Shown: one piece after another, positions 39,647-53,814 of the stretch
Numbering within the stretch: position 1 is the first letter of the stretch
Layout of the letters: the number at the start of each line of letters is the position of its first letter
DNA from: Mizuhopecten yessoensis
Lineage: Eukaryota
Assembly: GCF_002113885.1 (NCBI RefSeq)
Contig: NW_018408896.1
Span: forward strand, 2,870,487 to 2,934,486
Direction of reading: 5' to 3'
DNA length: 64,000 nucleotides
Made by a program: the position numbers and the translations under genes
The notes under the pieces: generated by a model
What the model was told of the DNA's origin: nothing
Database searches by the model: none
The model's input: the letters and a program-made list of their open reading frames with translations, nothing else

Positions 39647-41344
39647 TTACAGTCTACGTGTGTATTTTCTATCATGACAGGTATTGACGGACACGATGAA
39701 AAGGATAAGTATGTTTACGAAACGAAATGTTTGATGGTATCTTAATGTATACACGTACAACAATTATCCCGATAACTTCAAGTAGAAATGTAATTATAAG
39801 GAACGTTAATGATAAGCTAAACGTTATTCGTAAAACATGCCCGATGTCGTCTGCTGTATTTTAAGATGATGAATGCTTTGATAGGCATACTGTAGACATA
39901 CTCAAATAACAATCAACATCTATTAACAATATTAAAATAGATTGGTTGAATTAAGAAATAACAAATATACCAAACATCTTTATTGTATATAATTTCTAAG
40001 TATTTACAAACATCTAATGCAAGTTTGTTTCAAACGAATGTATTCGTATGACAACGAGAAATAGTAAACGAAATGCAATCAAGACATCTTACATAAAAAA
40101 AATACAACGATGTAGACTAGGCCTACGGCGAAAGAAAGATGTACGAGGAACAAACCACTTATACCACGGACTTAGATAACATTCTAATTCCGTGCTTATA
40201 ATAAATAAAAATATTTCTAAAACACAGAAAAATGAAGTTAATCCCGAACATAACACATTTTTTTTATCTATGTTTCAGGTACATGTACCTCGCCCGACCC
40301 TAGTTTTTACCTCCGACCCTAGCTTTTTTAATCTCACTCGAACGCACCTTAAAAACGCCCCTTTTGAATGTACCGAAAATCGGAGCGTCTTTCTTACACT
40401 GACCCCTCTTTTTCAAAGGCAAGTATCAATATTAAATTTAAATCCCATAATCCAATGTTATTATTTAAAAGACCTAAAAATGACATGAACAATGAATACA
40501 ATTGGTCTGAACAACTCTAGTGGTTCTTCGGTGTAATTTCTTACCCCCCCCCCTTAAATAAAATACAAATAAATCCCAACCGATCGATCAGTTCTTTAGT
40601 CATGTTACCTAAAAAAATTAATACACCGAACCTCCAGAGTTTTGTATGTCCATTTCGCTTAACTGATTTAGTCCTGGTTTTTGTTTATAAAACCTCCGCA
40701 ATTGATTGAAAGTGAGATGAAATTAGTAACATCCACAATAAAGGATTTTCCATCTACAACATTGTACACATTCTTATCACAGACTGAGATCCAGTTCCCT
40801 GGACTAATTATTCAACGTTATCCTTAGCATAGAATGTAAGCACCACAAGAACAAATATATTGTAAGAAACCCATCTTATTTTCTTAGATAATTTCTGGCT
40901 AAACTAGTCTGGAGGCAACACATTTTTCCGACAATATGCATGAATGTTTATTTTCATGTTCTTCCAACGTCTAAAAAGTTGCGATTCCCACTTTCAAAAA
41001 ATAATGGTTTTTTTTTCTTTGGATATGTATCTACAGAGGGGAAAATTCAATTCAAGCTGAACAAGAGAAACTTTCAAGAGCATGTCGCAAAACTATTAAA
41101 GATATCAGAGCTCTTGATTCAGCTATAGTTTAGCAATTAACTTGAGCACTGGAAAATATCTAGACATAAAAAAAACGGTCACTTTCAAATTTTTCGTTTT
41201 TAACAAGACATTGTTAATAAAAATTAATGTAAATTTATTATAGTATGTATTATATCTTATTGACATGGATAAATTGTCAGCTTTCTGCCCGTGTTAATCT
41301 TTTTTCGTAATAAATTGTAATAATGACCCGACAGAGAAGTAGGA

Positions 41345-42035
41345 TAGGTATCGAGTATCTAATTGATTACAGTGACAAGAGAAAATTTAACTCGAAAGGC
41401 TATTTTTACATGGTGAGACTCATGACATGTCAATAGGCTATTTTTTACAATGGGCGACTCATGTTGTGTCGAGAGGTATCGAGTATCTAATTGACCACAG
41501 TGACAAGAGAAAAAATACCTCGATAGGCAATTTTTACATTGTGAGACTCATGACATGTCAATAGGCTATACTTTTTTTACAATGGGAGACTCATGTGGTG
41601 TCGATAGGCTATTTTTACATAGGGAGACTCATATATGTGTCAATACATATATTTTTTACATAGGGAGACTCATATGTGTCAATATATATATTTTTTACAT
41701 AGGGAGACTCATATATGTGTCAATATATATATATTTTACATAGGGAGATTCATATATGTGTCAATATATATATTTTTTACATAGGGAGACTCATATGTGT
41801 CAATATATATATTTTTTACATAGGGAGACTCATATATGTGTCAATATATATATTTTTTACATAGGGAGATTCATATATGTGTCAATATATATATTTTTTA
41901 CATAGGGAGACTCATATGTGTCAATATATATATTTTTTACATAGGGAGACTCATATATGTGTCAATATATATATATTTTACATTGGGAGACTCCTATGTG
42001 TCAATATATATATTTTTTTACATAGGGAGACTGCT
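41345..42035. repeat. 41-43-bp AT-rich minisatellite preceded by an older ~128-bp duplication
   Basis: ATAGGGAGACTCATA(TA)TGTGTCAATATATATATTTTTTAC x ~10; related diverged units at 41345-41610. Confidence 0.93.
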
Positions 42036-42058
42036 ATGACGTGTCGATATTCGATAGC

Positions 42059-42251
42059 GAATTCCGTCTTTGCATATTGCAGAGTTATCTTCTCTTGGGA
42101 GCAGGTATTGATTGTTACGTCACTTGTTTGTGAGAGTAACGTCATCAATTTTTGAGAAAACGACGTAATTTTCTCACACAAACCAATGACGTAACAATCA
42201 ATACCTGTTTCCAAGAGAAGATAACTCTGCAATACGCAAAGACGGAATTCA
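42059..42251. mobile_element. Palindromic MITE (~190 bp, ~75-bp inverted arms)
   Basis: GAATTCCGTCTTTGCATATTGCAGAGTTATCTTCTCTTGG ... CCAAGAGAAGATAACTCTGCAATACGCAAAGACGGAATTC; second copy at 63784. Confidence 0.88.
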
Positions 42252-43456
42252 CATTGGAAGACTAACGATTTGGTCCATAAATCAGGAAATGAGCATCAAT
42301 AGCTAAAGAGGATATTTTCTTGCTTAAAATATTCACGACATAGATCTGAAAGTTTGATTGTCACTTTCTGAGAATTAAGGCGAACGTGTATAACGTATGT
42401 GGCGAAATACACGTGATTTATAGCTTACATTAATATGAACATGATCTCTGTACGCAATGATAAGGGCTATATTTCGGACTAACAGGATGTGTATTTAAGC
42501 TGTTCGTTCTAGCATGTTCGACTGAATGCTTCCTGTTGCAGTGTTAGTGATGTCCATTATTAATAGTTCTTTGAATTGTAAATATCCTTGATGACGTCAG
42601 AGCGACAGCTGTATGTGTAGAGATATACTAGCTTTATTTACATTTTTTCACGTTTGGATTTACTGTTATTTGCATTGTATGACGAGAGACAAGCATTCTT
42701 TGCTTTTGATTATTTCTATATTTACAGGAGAGAAAAAAGGAGTATATATAAACACATTTCAATTAGGCTTTGTGAAATATATTTCAAAGCATGTCATCTA
42801 AGTCGATTCAGTTACAAAAAGGTATATATACGGGGGAAAATCCTGGAATTTAAGATCAGTGGGCCATTTCAGCAATTTTTAGTCATTTTCAAAAATAAGA
42901 GGGGTAATTCTATGTAAAATTAAAAGAAAATTGGAACATGGAGGGGTCAATTCATGTTTATCCCTGTATATATATGGATATCATCAAGTGACATATAAAA
43001 ATCCGAGTTTCCCAACATACCACTAGCCGATACAGAAATCCTAGGAAGGATACATATATCTGTTGAAACTGTGTCAATATATCTATTTGTCCTATTTTTG
43101 TAATTTTATGCACGCGTATAGGTATTTGATGAAATCGATGACTATATCGTAAGAATTTAGCTACGGATATTTTTTTATACACAAATGTATATAAATATTC
43201 GTAAAGGTGCATGTCTTCTATGTCAATTATAAATTTGCGCATTTTACATGAAATAATCAAATTCAAGGTTGTTATATTATCACGATAAGCCGGTAGTCGA
43301 ATTCGATAAATCATTGTTGTTCTAAAAAGTTAGAGACGTTATATTGACAAAACCGTCAATTAGTAGTTCATTTATTTTGGAAAGACATTTTCGTCGTTGA
43401 AAACTAAATTATTGCACTTATGGACGTCCTTGGCGTATACCTATATAGAATGTGCT

Positions 43457-43510
43457 GTCCTTAAATGGCCTTATCTATAAATAGGATGTTAAACAAAATA
43501 AAACCAAACC
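43457..43510 (+). mobile_element. 3' tail fragment of the SINE family found at 48486-48900
   Basis: GTCCTTAAATGGCCTTA...AATAGGATGTTAAACAAAATAAAACCAAACC matches the tail of that element. Confidence 0.65.
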
Positions 43511-45366
43511 CAATGTGTTCGGCCATATTAAGAACACGGAGTACGCTGTACACGTGCCCGTGAACATTTTAGCTGTTGACTGATGTGACAATCATATGTA
43601 TTGTTTGTTTTTCTGCCTTGATTAGGTAATCACAACAGGTATCTAGTCCAAGGTTACCATCGGTCAAAAGCATATACACAGTAGGATTTAAAGCAGCGTT
43701 TGTAACGTCAATGTTAGTTTGAACTTTATAGAATGACACTGTTCTATTTATAAATGGTATTATGTTAGAAGTATTGAGAAACATCAATAGAAGAGAAATG
43801 TAGTAACGTCATTTTCATACCATATGTAACATGACAATTAAACCTATGACCCACAGGTGCTTGACCGATTGATCCCCTCAAGTTATCTCCACTGAAACGA
43901 TCCTGTTTAAGTTTGAGATTGTAGAAATGCATCAGGAAGTATAGGGTTTTGGTACACATAGGGAAACGGACCAATCAAACTTATCCATTAAATACAAAAC
44001 CAAAACTATTTGAAACAAATGAAAGTATATAATAAGCAACTCAAGTTAAACTAACTACTATAAATATAAATGAAAGACTAATGTCGAGTGCAAGCTCGCC
44101 TATGTTACATCACATACATGTCATCGGAGGCTGAACCCAGGGCTCATTAACCCTAGCAGTCCCCATACATATGTATAATTATATTTATACATTAATTTTG
44201 AACAAGAAAAGATGCGTTTTTGTTTTAAACAATATGATTATTGTTCTGTCTTAACTTGTACCCCCCCCCCNAAAATAAGTGTTTGGAGGTAAGAATAACA
44301 GCATATACAAAACATATTTACAAAGATGCGGGGGATCGATGTAGATGTCACAAGACATAAATAAAGCCATAATAATGATGCAAAATAAGAGGAAATGAGA
44401 AATTGATAAGCGATATTCTAGATGTAACTATATGTACGTACACTGTTATTGCAGTGAATCTGTTTCCCTGTAGAACTGTCAACGAATAAATCAAACCAAG
44501 AGATAAGGAAGATATACAACTATGCACACACAATGTGACGAAGTCCGAGGTACAGTAGACGAAAAAATAATTTATGATCAATTACTTTCTATGTTATATC
44601 AAGCTTATTTCACGTATTTAAAACTCCAGCAGATTCTGAAAAATACGTTCCAACACGCAAGTCATAATGTATAAGTTCGCTGGTATTTTCAAAGTCAACG
44701 GAAGAATGATAAATTATATCACGACACTTATATGACAATACTAGAGGCACACAGAGAGAATCAAAGAGTCATGATGATCAGGTTGTAACACGTCGACATG
44801 TAGCGGGACGTCGTTCTGTTTTTATTCTTTTATTCAAGTGCAGATATAGTTTGCACTTGAAAATATCTGGTTCAAAATTTAGCATGTCCAAAGAGCACGC
44901 TCGTACATCCTTCTCGACACTTAACATGCACATCCGCCTTGCATGAGGATAATTTCATTGGAAGTGACGTCATGTCAAACATCTAGAAATTGACGTCACC
45001 GGCAATTACATTAATCACTTATCACGATTTGTCAACCGTTACATGCAGGCAAATACATACACCAATGATTAAGATTTAAAAAGAATTTACAATTAACAGA
45101 ACAAATCACGATTGGTTTTCATGTCTATCTAAAATGTGTTTAATGGGGGAATACGTAGTATACCAATTACATACATTATTTAAAAGAAAAAAATCACCAC
45201 GCCCAAAAAATTGCCTTATGTAAGCACTATGTCACAAGTCAAGACGTCATCAATAATTATAAGCCAACAGAATGATTATTTACCATAAAGTGCCCAAAAA
45301 TCTTGTTGATAGGGCTTAAGAATTGTACCTGCTGCCCCTCCATTTATATCGATCATATAATACTAC

Positions 45367-45972
45367 ATGTTTTTCTGTCCTTTTAGCACATTGGCCACGG
45401 GACATTTGAAGAAGACAAATCAGTTACAGAAGATGACCAAAGTTGCTAAAAGTAAAAAGGGAGGGAGGAAGCTTTACACCTTTTCTACTCCATACAGCCA
45501 GTCCACGATTAATCAGTCCACGGAGACCTCAGACCCACCTCAACTGACCCAGACACTGGAAAATGACAAAGGGTATTTCATTGACATGTGCGATATATTA
45601 GGTGGGACTACAACTACACACGGGAATCTTATACCCGAAGAAAGGGTAACGTCATGGACGAAAAAACATTCTCGATGTCCCAAGGAAACTGCAAACTATG
45701 GAGGTACATGTATACAAATGAAAAGTGAGAAACGGAGAATGACGACATCGACCATTGTAGTGGACGGGTTAGGGATTGCTGTGCATCAGAAGCTAGTGTC
45801 AGCTTCTGTAACGCATTCATCTAACCAATCAAGAAGAACTGCTGATAAGAAAATGGTATGTATCCGACCAACGTCACGCTGTCGTAGTGGCATTGTAAAA
45901 GCTACCACTGTTCGACACTTTGACGTTTATTCCGACAAACAAATATACACAACCTGTTGTGAAAAGTCCTAA
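45367..45972 (+). pseudogene. 201-codon ORF, possibly a transposase N-terminal remnant or orphan exon
   Basis: Longest non-repetitive ORF outside the oxidase; basic N-terminus, ENDKGYFIDM, RCPK and GLGIAVHQKL loosely recall Kolobok/Mutator-like transposase N-termini. Not verified. Confidence 0.3.
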
Positions 45973-47774
45973 AGTCCTGAATATACTACTGTTCAAAATC
46001 AAGGTTCTGTTTTCGGTACAGCTGCACCCCATAGAATATGCTTTGACAAAATCGAAGACTCCAGGTCTGCTGCTTGATTGGTTCTAGGCATAAAAAACAG
46101 GCCAATCGCAAAGCTTATAGACAGTGGTACCGTACATTGAGAATTATCAACGAGTTTTTCCGAGATCAAAGCCGGCTAGTTTTACCATTACGCTGCCACG
46201 CATTTTACTTTTACTTTCAATATAGTTTTACTTTTAAGATCAAAGGTATGCAGGACTAGTCAACTGGTATCGTCCGCAAGGTGGCGGGTACTGAGACTTC
46301 GATTCTGTCATATATAAATCAAGGAATGCAGAGAAGTTATATCTTATCGCAAGTGGAACCCTTGGATTCGAAGAAAGGATATACTTGAATGCGATTTATC
46401 ATTGCATGAATGCATCAGTCACACTCATGTCCTGTGGATATTCAATGGCTCAACTACAAATTAAATGAGCTCGTCTGCCATTCTCAACTCGTCTTAAAAA
46501 CCCACTCCATGTCCATCGTTTCATTTGTCACCACTCTAACAAACAATGCATTTCTAGGTCCCATTTACATGTACCATTATTCGACACAAAGGACCAAATG
46601 AGTACATGCATTGATAATTGGTGTGACATCCGTCGTCCGTCCATCGTCAACTGATATCTGTGGCACCCTTGGGCAAAGGAAATTCAATGTTGTATAAATG
46701 AATAGTAGGTATCGAAAAATATCGTGACAATTCCCACATGTGTTAACCATCAGAATCACATGATGTCACCACTGAGTTTCGTGATTAACTCGCGGTATTA
46801 TAATGTTTTATTATGCCCCCGCCATGAAATGGGGGGAGGGGGGGGGGGGGGCATTTATGTCTTACAGACATTTTCTAGTATTTCCCTTATTCCTACTCAA
46901 ATATTTAGACAGTTTCGGGAAACGTTTCATTCTCTGACATAACACTGATAAATCCAAATTGGACGAAATGGCTATATGGTTTAGTAAATGGTTACTTTGT
47001 GTAGCTTACAGGGTTAATTTAATAACATTTAAAATAGCTTCTTTATGACTTGGTGTTTCTAATGATATTTTACGCCACAGGTGATTGACTCTGCCAGTGG
47101 AATATCAGTTCCAAAGGTTGGGCATAACCTTGTAGCTGGAATGTATTCTGATTTACATGAGGTACTATTACAAAGACTGTTTATCTGTTCTAAAGGGTTC
47201 GGTAGGCACCTTATGTTTTGTCTCTACCTATGGGTCGGAACACTCAAGTAGGGATTAAAAAAAAATCAGTAGTAGTTATCGTAGCCAAAAGGTTAGACTT
47301 GTAACAAGATTTGATAATATAAAGGGATTTAAATGCACTTTTCCCCTTTTTGCTATATTTAAACATAATTAAGAAAAAGTTTGACACGAAATTTCATTCT
47401 TTTAACCTTAGTACTATTGATGTGCTCTAAACAAAATGGCCTTTTCGTACTAAGTTTTTAATAGGTATTTTCTTACTTGGCAGTCTTTGTGATTATGTGT
47501 TTTGACGCTGTGTTATTTTTTCTATTTTAATTTACTGATGTGTTATTTTTTTCCAAATTGTCACATGGTGAAGAAGGTCCGTCGGGTACTTTATTCTTGT
47601 TATTTTGTTTATTTTATATATATTAACATATTATTATATGTATAATTTTTCTTTAAGGAATCTGTTAAATTCTATTGGTTTATTAATGAGAAAAACATTC
47701 AGATATAAAAAAAAGTAAATTGCCGTGAAACACAATAAAAAGTAAATGCCGAAACCAAAAAAATAAAATGTTAA

Positions 47775-47847
47775 TGCCGAAACCCGGGATCGAACCAGGG
47801 ACCTTTAGATCTTCAGTCTAACGCTCTCCCAACTGAGCTATTTCGGC
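47775..47847 (-). tRNA. tRNA-Phe (GAA)
   Basis: GCCGAAATAGCTCAGTTGGGAGAGCGTTAGACTGAAGATCTAAAGGTCCCTGGTTCGATCCCGGGTTTCGGCA: canonical 73-nt metazoan tRNA-Phe followed by T-runs (Pol III terminator). Confidence 0.98.
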
Positions 47848-48485
47848 GGATGTTGTACTACTACGAAAATGGAACAATGTACAGCCCTACAGTACTGATA
47901 ATATATTCTCGGTAACGTCGACTTCAATACTTATGACGTTATGGCCAACACTTATATCAAAAGATGTGACATAAGACAACAAAATAATGTCTTTTTTTTT
48001 CACACTCAAAACACACGTCTATAAACTGAAAATATTTAACAAAACCCCAATCATAAAAATTAAATACACAAAAACGGATACGTTAGGATAAATAAAACTT
48101 TTTTTTATAATATCATTAGGTAGGTTTTTGTATATAAATTAAGAAATAAAATCTCTCTAATTGTCAATTATATTTTGTTTCGTTTCACATACAAAACGAT
48201 CGTACCATCAAGACAGAGGGCAAATCTGACATAGTCAAAGTCAAAAGTAGAACATAACAAAAGGTAGCTATACCGCATTAGTACTAACCAAAAGGAATCG
48301 AGGTACCGCAATAAAAGGAGACATCAGAAAGCAGACAAACAAAGTCCAAATCCGCTCTCTGGAAGGGTAGAATTTCACAAGAATCCAAATCAACTGCTGT
48401 ATGGCCTTTATCATATCCCGAGGTTGGCGTTTAGTACCAATACAACGTCTTAAGTTGACAAAACAGATATATATTATGAAGTATG

Positions 48486-48900
48486 ATTTGGTTTGGTTTG
48501 GTCTTGTTTTGTTTAACGTCCTATTGACGGCTAAGGTCATTTAAAGACGTGTCTCCATGTGTGTAGTGTAAACGTGCTTGCGTGTTAGTATGCAGGATAC
48601 AGGGTATGTTGGTGTCCGTGCCTCCTTGTGATAGCGCGGATCTGATACCGACATTACAGTGTTATCTCACTGAAATGCCATGCCGAAGGCACCCATCACA
48701 GCATTCCGTCCGGTCACATTTTACTGACAACGGGTGAATCAGTTGTTGCTGTTACCCCAAATGCTGAACATTAAGCAGGGAATAACAACTACCATTTTAA
48801 GGACTTTGTTATGTCCCGGCCTGGGGACAGAACCCATTGCCTTCCTCACCTGGGCGAACATTAAGGCCAAAAGTAAAGTGTTGCAAAGTAAGGCGCTAGG
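48486..48900 (-). mobile_element. tRNA-derived SINE (Meta-domain-like) with an (AAACC)n tail
   Basis: Decayed B-box GGGTTCTGTCCC followed by CCGGGACATAACAAAGTCCTTAAAATGGTAGTTGTTATTCCCTGCTTAATGTTCAGCATT; tail AATAGGACGTTAAACAAAACAAGACCAAACCAAACC. Family name is from recall only. Confidence 0.75.
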
Positions 48901-49149
48901 AAATAAAAGGTAGTTAGAAGTAGAAGGAAGAATAAAGACCCCAAATATTGTAATGGGCGCAGCAGATTTATTTTGATCCCAAATTATGCCAGGGGTTCCC
49001 ACACTAGTCGGCTCCTACGATACATGTGGTGGGAAACAGCATGTGTATACTTTTCCCAATCCCCCACCTGCAGGGGTGTATTATGAAGTACAAAATGTTT
49101 ACCTTGTTCAACCTTTGTTAAACTGTATGGTTATGAGCTTTATTGGAGC

Positions 49150-50100
49150 ATTATTTATGGGAAAGACACAACAAAGGCCAAGATCAAATGTACCGAGGAT
49201 GAAATTGTAGTAAAGTCCTGGTTGACACTATCTTTGTTGTGTTCGATTGCAATATTTACCAGCAGACTGTTTGCTTATCCATGGGAACAGACCGTGTCGT
49301 GACCAGACCATGTCGTGTCTTGGCGGATTTCGTATTGTTTTCTCGCGAGACTAGCTTTATGGACGAGTTTAACAGGAATAGAAGAAAACACATTGCTTAA
49401 TATCTCCTAGTTCACTTTATGTATTTGACGATGTGTTGTCTTTAAAAAATAACCTATTACTTATATTGAGCGTATTTATCTATATTTTAATATTTCGTGT
49501 GTGTTCTAGTCTGTGTTGGAACAAGTTCACTTGGAACTTCTATTATAAATCAATTTGAATTTGAACTTATGTACTCTTCTGAACATGGAACCAAGGTCAC
49601 CGGAGATTCTTTTACATCCTTAGCCTATTTCGATCTTAAATCACCGCAAGAACTGCTTGCTTTTCATCTGTTCGGTAAACAGGATGATTTCGATTTTCCT
49701 ATCTTGAATTTTCCCTCTCTTGATAGTAACAACCATCATTCCTCACATCCATGATTGATTCAATATTCATGGACTTGCTCGAAATAACACGATGCTTTTG
49801 ACGAATGTCGAATGCAGATGGAAAATCATTCAACTCAACTTTTTGAGTATGCCCATTAGTTTTCCTTGAAGTTTCCTTGTCACAAATTACGTCGGTTTCC
49901 TCTTTGAAAGGTAATATTAGATTTGACCTAAATTTTGATGATGGGTGTCGTCAATGAATCAGTAGACACTTACCCTCCGCAGGAACAGGTCTTATTGTCT
50001 TCCTGCGTTTTCAGAAGGTCTCCATTTAATCTTTCCTTTCTTCATTTTATGCTCTAGTTGCACCGATTTTGAGTTCAAATTACGATTTTGTTTACACTTC
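49150..50100 (+). mobile_element. Decayed Penelope-like retroelement RT and 3' end
   Basis: Broken motifs DTIFVVF..IYQQTV..SMGTD (cf. GIPMGTNCAP), YxDDVLSL, KQDDFDFPILNFPSLDSN; terminal motif near 49920-49990. Confidence 0.75.
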
Positions 50101-53100
50101 GCCATGGTTTTTGTTTTATTTACCATATGTGACACGCGTCATGATCTCTGACGTCTAACTAATCTAGTAACCAAGCGTACCTGCTACCCTACTTCCAATT
50201 TTCATTAAATCTAACTACAGTGGTTGACTCCGCACGTCTACTGATTGGATTCCGAGAATATATATAGTTCTTTTATTTAATTTTGCTGCTGTAAAATTAC
50301 GTCATAGCCATTGCTGTTTTTGTTGATTAGTCTTCCCGTATTGATACATTTTATTTAATTCCAATGAATATAGCATTACGATAAATTGGTGCATCGACAA
50401 CCTAAGGGATAGCCAATTTAAATGGGTAACAGCATGACTTTTAACCATAGACAGCAAGAGAAATAGTATCCATGCAGGAACTACAGCGTATCCGGATAGA
50501 GGGTAGCCAATCTCTTTACGGTAAATCATGAACACTTCTCTTTGAAGTTTTTCAGGATGCTACAGTGTCATAAACCATTTCCCATCAGGAACTAAATTAT
50601 TTGATTCGACCAGGCTGTAATGTGTGAATCTAGTAGCAGTTTAAACCGGTACGATATTGTTAGCTGAGGAACTTGGTCTTTCAAATTTGACACATGACAT
50701 AGTTTTGTCTTGTAAGAAACTATTCCATTAAAACTGCTGGCGCATAATCTCATTGTTTTTTTTCTTTCTTTAACATATACTGTTGATTAAAAGATGAAAA
50801 CTCCATTCCTGAAAGTGACTGAAAGGTAACGATGTGGTCGATTTCTTCCGAATGCCAAATGCGTTTCTCGGAATATTATCAGATTCAATTACAATGTTCG
50901 TTTAAATTGATATTCAGTATATAAACGGGTTTGATTATTTGCAGATTACTTAATCTGGCTGTTCCCTAAATAACAGACATTTTTTCAGAGATTTTATATA
51001 ACAAGAATAGACAGCACATAAAATGATGTCGTCAAATACCGGAACTACTTATACACATCTCATTTCAATGTGAGTTGTTGATAAATAAAACATAAACATT
51101 CATTCACTGTACATCAAAGATATTGGCTGTCTTTTAATTAAGTAATAATGAATGAACAAGAGTTTTGGATTAGGCATGATATACTGAAAAATGTGTTCAC
51201 GGTTATGTTTAAAACATGTCGCGGAATTATGCAAATTGCACAAAGTTCGTTCGGTATATACAGTGCAGTGTTTCAGTAGTCCCATTAATTCTTAGTTATT
51301 CTCCCTGTAGATATATACATTATCAGAGATATTACAACTTGTAGGGTGTTCATTTATCACCCATAAGCTGAATGTCAAAATCATTATAGATGCTTCAGGT
51401 ACTGTGCTAAAAAAAACAGTAACCAGAGGTTCAGACGAATACTCCCTGAAGCTAACTATACATCTGATAAGGATTTGAATATCTACGTTGAGCAAAATTG
51501 TAAATATTATACAATATTGTTTAACTGAATCCTGCTTTCAAAGTATATTAAACCAACCTCCAAGATCAGTAAATACTTTGAACTAGCTCATAAGACGTTT
51601 TAACAACGTTCGTCTGTAAATACTATAACAAATATTGATTACGTAAACAGACCTTTTGTTGGACAATGATAAGTAAACTTTTTGTGATTTTTTTTTAACC
51701 CAATATTCACCACACAACGAGAAGTTTAGATCAATGTAAATTTCCGGTTTTGACCCCTATCATCAGCGACGAGTCCTGTGCTTTTGTTTGTCAATTTTTC
51801 AATTGATTTCATGAGCAAAATTCAAAACAAAACTAGTTAAATCCATAACTACCTAATCTCAGAATGAAAGGATATATATTTGTATCGACCCTTGTCATAA
51901 CAGCAGTGTTTAATATGTATGTCGAACATATCACCCATGTCCTAACTAGGAAAACCATATACACCCGAGTTCGGAAGAGAACCATACTGGATATTGAAAA
52001 CAAATGAATTAACGTGTCTGCTCGTTGCGTCTTGGTTCAGTTTGATAATTTATCATTAAGCTGACATCGTTAAAATTGTGTACCAGTTTCTGTTGTGGTG
52101 ATAGATGCTTGTCTGGAACTCGGACGGCAACTAATGAAGATCGCTGTGTATGAACGAACTGAACTTGAAATAGGTCGTTAATTATTTATAGCCTTTCTAA
52201 ATATAACAGACTCCAACACAATATGGAATAGATCCATGCATAATATATGAACTTTGGTCTCGGTGTTAAGTTCATCATAAATTTGTTGAATAAGTGCTCC
52301 TGTAAGTGTTGGATCCTTCGATTATTTCCAATGTCACTAACAGAAAGTATGTTCAGCTGTTATGTTATCAATAATTTAACAGGTACACCTTAACTTTGTT
52401 ACTTTTTGTTTAGATGAACTTGAACGTTCTTGGAACCATTTTCAAAATGAAACACGAGTTGGACATTATACGAGAACGCCGGCTTGTATTGGCAAGTAAG
52501 TGATTATCATGTACTGATATCTTGATATATGATGATACATCCAGTTTTCAGGCTATGCATTGCAAGGTCGTGTATTTCACAGTGTGGTACAATGTTGCCA
52601 AACTCCTTTTTGGAAAGAACTTTTAGGTTGGTATCCACTGATCAAATCGACATGTTAAAACAATTATGAATTCCGAACATTTTAGCCTCGTTTTACGCTA
52701 TGGTACGGTGACGTCATAATTCCATCCTCGACGATTTTTACAATAAAACGGGGAAATGATTGATAATGTTTGCAGAACAATGAAAACTAAATTTAAAAAT
52801 AATCACAGTTATTTTGACCTGAATTGCAGTACCCTGGCACGTATACCTGTTCTAAATAGTGTATTGGTATTTTGTCAAAGCCTAAAATGATCTGATTTTT
52901 TTTGGAGATTGCTACAGCTTTTTAATTAAATAGTGAGAATGGTCATAGCTTTGACCATGATACTTAAATGGATCGCAGACTCGTTCAGAGTATCTTTTTA
53001 CCTTACAGTTATTCGAAGCCTACTGAGAAATTCTGAAAAGCAAATCACTTTTTTATCATTCGTAACAATCGTACAATGACGATGACCTTAATATTGAGCG

Positions 53101-53814
53101 CAGAACATCACTAGAGATGATCTCATACCTAACACTTGCACCAGCCAAAATAGCGACTACAAAGGAGTTTCCATACGACGACCGTACGCACATACTAACG
53201 AGTAGAACCCTACGAGGAGATATTGACCTTTGTAAAACGTGTATTTTTGACATATATACAGACCACATGTGTCTAGTATCAAGAGCTCAATCGAGCCTTC
53301 AGAAAAAACTGCTTTTTTTTAGCATGTAATGCGTATTGATAATATATGTTGGCCGACTTATTTTGAATGTATACCTAGGCTTGTTCTCTTTATTGTTTTT
53401 CATTGCAGAGAAACAACGCAATACATCAACGACGCAAGAGGAATGACCTTCATGTATGATTCACGCTTCTTGTCATGGATAACGAGGAACGAAACACAAT
53501 TTAGCACTGCAATGAGGATGTACTTAAAAAAAGAAGAGCCCCATTTGACATTAGGCTAGTCCTAGTAGCAAACAGTAATCCTGACCGCTTTTATATGTTT
53601 TGTTGTATCTGGATCAGTTATGGCCCATAGGTAAAATGCCGGCGTCTTTGTAATTGATTGTTTTCTGTTATTCTTCCTGGTTCTTGAAGCTTGATGAAAT
53701 TCTAGTTTTACATCTAAACATTATGTAATAGGTCTTAATCAATAATGTCCATTGCTTACAAAGATGTTCTTATACTTTAGTTGACAAATGGTACACTATA
53801 CCGGTATCTTTGTT

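Noticed and set aside
46580-46960. Helentron-like 5' fragments (GTCC microsatellite, TTTTATTATGCCCCCGCC...GGGGGCAT)
   Set aside because: Too fragmentary to delimit; no matching 3' end found.
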